Assembly: GCF_000002075.1 (NCBI RefSeq) | Contig: NW_004798010.1 | Location: forward strand, 24,836-88,835 | Length of the DNA stretch: 64,000 nucleotides | Origin: Aplysia californica | Lineage: Eukaryota | Direction of reading: 5' to 3' | Shown here: piece after piece, positions 62,235-64,000 of the stretch | How the letters are laid out: each line of letters begins with the position of its first letter | How positions within the stretch are numbered: the stretch's first letter is position 1 | Notes under the pieces: generated by a model | Told to the model about the DNA's origin: nothing | The model's database searches: none | The model's input: the letters and a program-made list of their open reading frames with translations, nothing else | Made by a program: the position numbers and the translations under genes

Positions 62235-62390
62235 CTTCGTCAGTACGGACGAACGCGGAAGTAGCCTACGCAATTTGTTGTTGACAACGGCCTCCATTTT
62301 GAACACTGCGACATTGATCAAGACAGTCTGACTTCCGTGTTGGAGACAAAACCCATATATATTGGCAAAGCGCCGACTGACGTCACTCAA
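62235..62390 (-). promoter_or_regulatory. Promoter-like motif cluster, possibly with a minus-strand first exon
   Basis: TGACGTCA (CRE, 62378-85), CCAAT (minus, 62361-65), two CGGAAGT (62256 plus, 62331 minus), CAAAATGG (minus, 62294-301) leading into ATG MEAVVNNKLRRLLPRSSVLTK|gt. Confidence 0.4.
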
Positions 62391-64000
62391 GCTTTGTCAC
62401 ATTGTCAACTATACTTAGGCCTATGCAAACAATATAATATACCCTATGTCAGCGCTATAACAATTACCAAACTATCTAAGAAGACTGTTAACCCCAGTTA
62501 AAGAAAGAAAAAAAGACGTTTTCTCTGTTCCAGTTCTAAGAATTTCAGTGAGTTTCCTTGTAGTAGGCATATAACACAATCATTAAAATGAAATAGAAGA
62601 AGTAGACATTCTCCCACACCCAAGTTGAGGGTCAATTCTATTTAACAAGTCCCCTTCATGGTGTTTCGAAACAAAAACGGAAACCAAACGAAAAATGTTC
62701 ACAATTTTAATTTTCTAAATGAATCTGAAGTCCCTGTTCACTAACTAAGCAATGGTTTTTAGAAACAGTTTAGTAGAGAGCAATGAAAATTACTTGAACG
62801 ATCCAAGTGCAAGAATGCGCGTGGGGGAATCGAACCAAGGACTTACGCACTGCAGCCCAGATTAATTAATGCCAACTGAACTAACCGTGTACCTAGTGGA
62901 AGTTGCATGCGTTTTGACTGGTTGGCAGAACTGGCTAAACAATGACAGTTTGTGTTTAAAAAAAAAAAATTAAAGTAAATTACAGTTTTACAGTCAGCCT
63001 GTGTATTAGAATGGCTTTCACGGCCTTTTAAACACGATCCATGCTATAATTTTATGGCGGAAAATTCCAGCTTAACGTCAGTCTGCCAGAGGACAGAATC
63101 AAATGAAGACCACAGAAGAAAAACGACAGTAGTCACAATAATCTTCTTCTGAGAAATCTTAAATTGAAGTTTTAACACTCAGTAACTATATCCTCGATTG
63201 CTTTTGTATTTTGCCAATGAGTAGGCATTTCCTACGTAGAAAATATTTTTGAAACATGTTGGGAAAAAAATTAATACTAACTTTGAGGAGAAAATAACAA
63301 GAACTTTTTTTGGGGGACTATCGTCATTTTTCTATTGCAGAAACAATCTACCCATATCCATCTTGTTGTAAAGTAAGATTGTTGTTGGGTTGGGTTGGGT
63401 TTTACATTGATGCAACACGAAGAAGGTCAAATAGCTTAAATTTTATACATTGTAATGTAGATTATTTTAATGATGACTCCACATTAAAAGATCACATCGT
63501 AACGGTGGCACTTTACTAAAGTGATGTGGGTAAGAATGAGCCAAATAGTGTTATAAAAATAACAATGACAAATGCAGCATTGATTACATCATGTAGGCTA
63601 TACAAGACAAAGAGAGAACAAGAAATCCGTTTCTGTTGTACACATAAAAATCCAACTTTCATGGAAAAAGGATAAAAGGAATGTTTGAAAATAATAACAT
63701 TTTAAACATACCATGAATCATCATTTTTTTAAAAAGTCATTACTACGAGTGATTAGGAAAAATAATCACCTTGCCCAAAACAATAAACTAAAATAGGATC
63801 AAAACAGTACAGTATTGGGTATGTTCTGTTAGAATGAATTACATGACGGGCAGGATATGAAAAATAATATTCTTAAAACACACGACACCTGTTTTTGCTT
63901 CATCCCAGTACCCATTTTTGTTTCATCCTCTCACCCCCAAATTAAGACCTTGACTGGAAAATTGGGATACAGGTTAAAGCAATGAGGAATAATGTCTGAT

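Noticed and set aside
62820-62890. Minus-strand tRNA-Cys-like sequence
   Set aside because: It has a GGTTCGATTCC T-loop, but the D and anticodon stems do not pair convincingly; a SINE head or tRNA pseudogene at best.

Overview
Eukaryotic, AT-rich, repeat-dense genomic DNA with nine N-gaps. It is probably from an invertebrate such as a mollusc or other lophotrochozoan (inferred from the SINE/MITE types). The supplied ORF track is mostly noise, so I built the gene models by hand from splice signals and phase. There are two spliced + strand genes. (1) The last 7 coding exons of a Ca2+/calmodulin-dependent protein kinase kinase (CaMKK1/2 co-orthologue), 317-6736, covering subdomain VII through the CaM-binding and 14-3-3 tail. 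(2) A greatly expanded CCDC62-like gene of about 2,045 aa, 28902-50461, with 15 phase-consistent exons including a 3,248-nt exon; its start codon is unresolved. A promoter-like motif cluster near 62.3 kb may start a third, minus-strand transcript. Introns and intergenic DNA hold at least four SINE families, a TGTG..CACA MITE family with 2-bp TSDs, single hAT-, Tc1/mariner-, piggyBac- and Kolobok-like MITEs, RTE-LINE 3' fragments, and mini- and microsatellites. Main observations: three SINE families share one 3' hairpin whose stem covaries; a SINE lacking a tRNA head sits mostly sense-strand and next to splice sites; several splice junctions are the functional copy within a decayed tandem repeat; and CaMKK and CCDC62 are neighbours here while their human homologues both map to 12q24.31.
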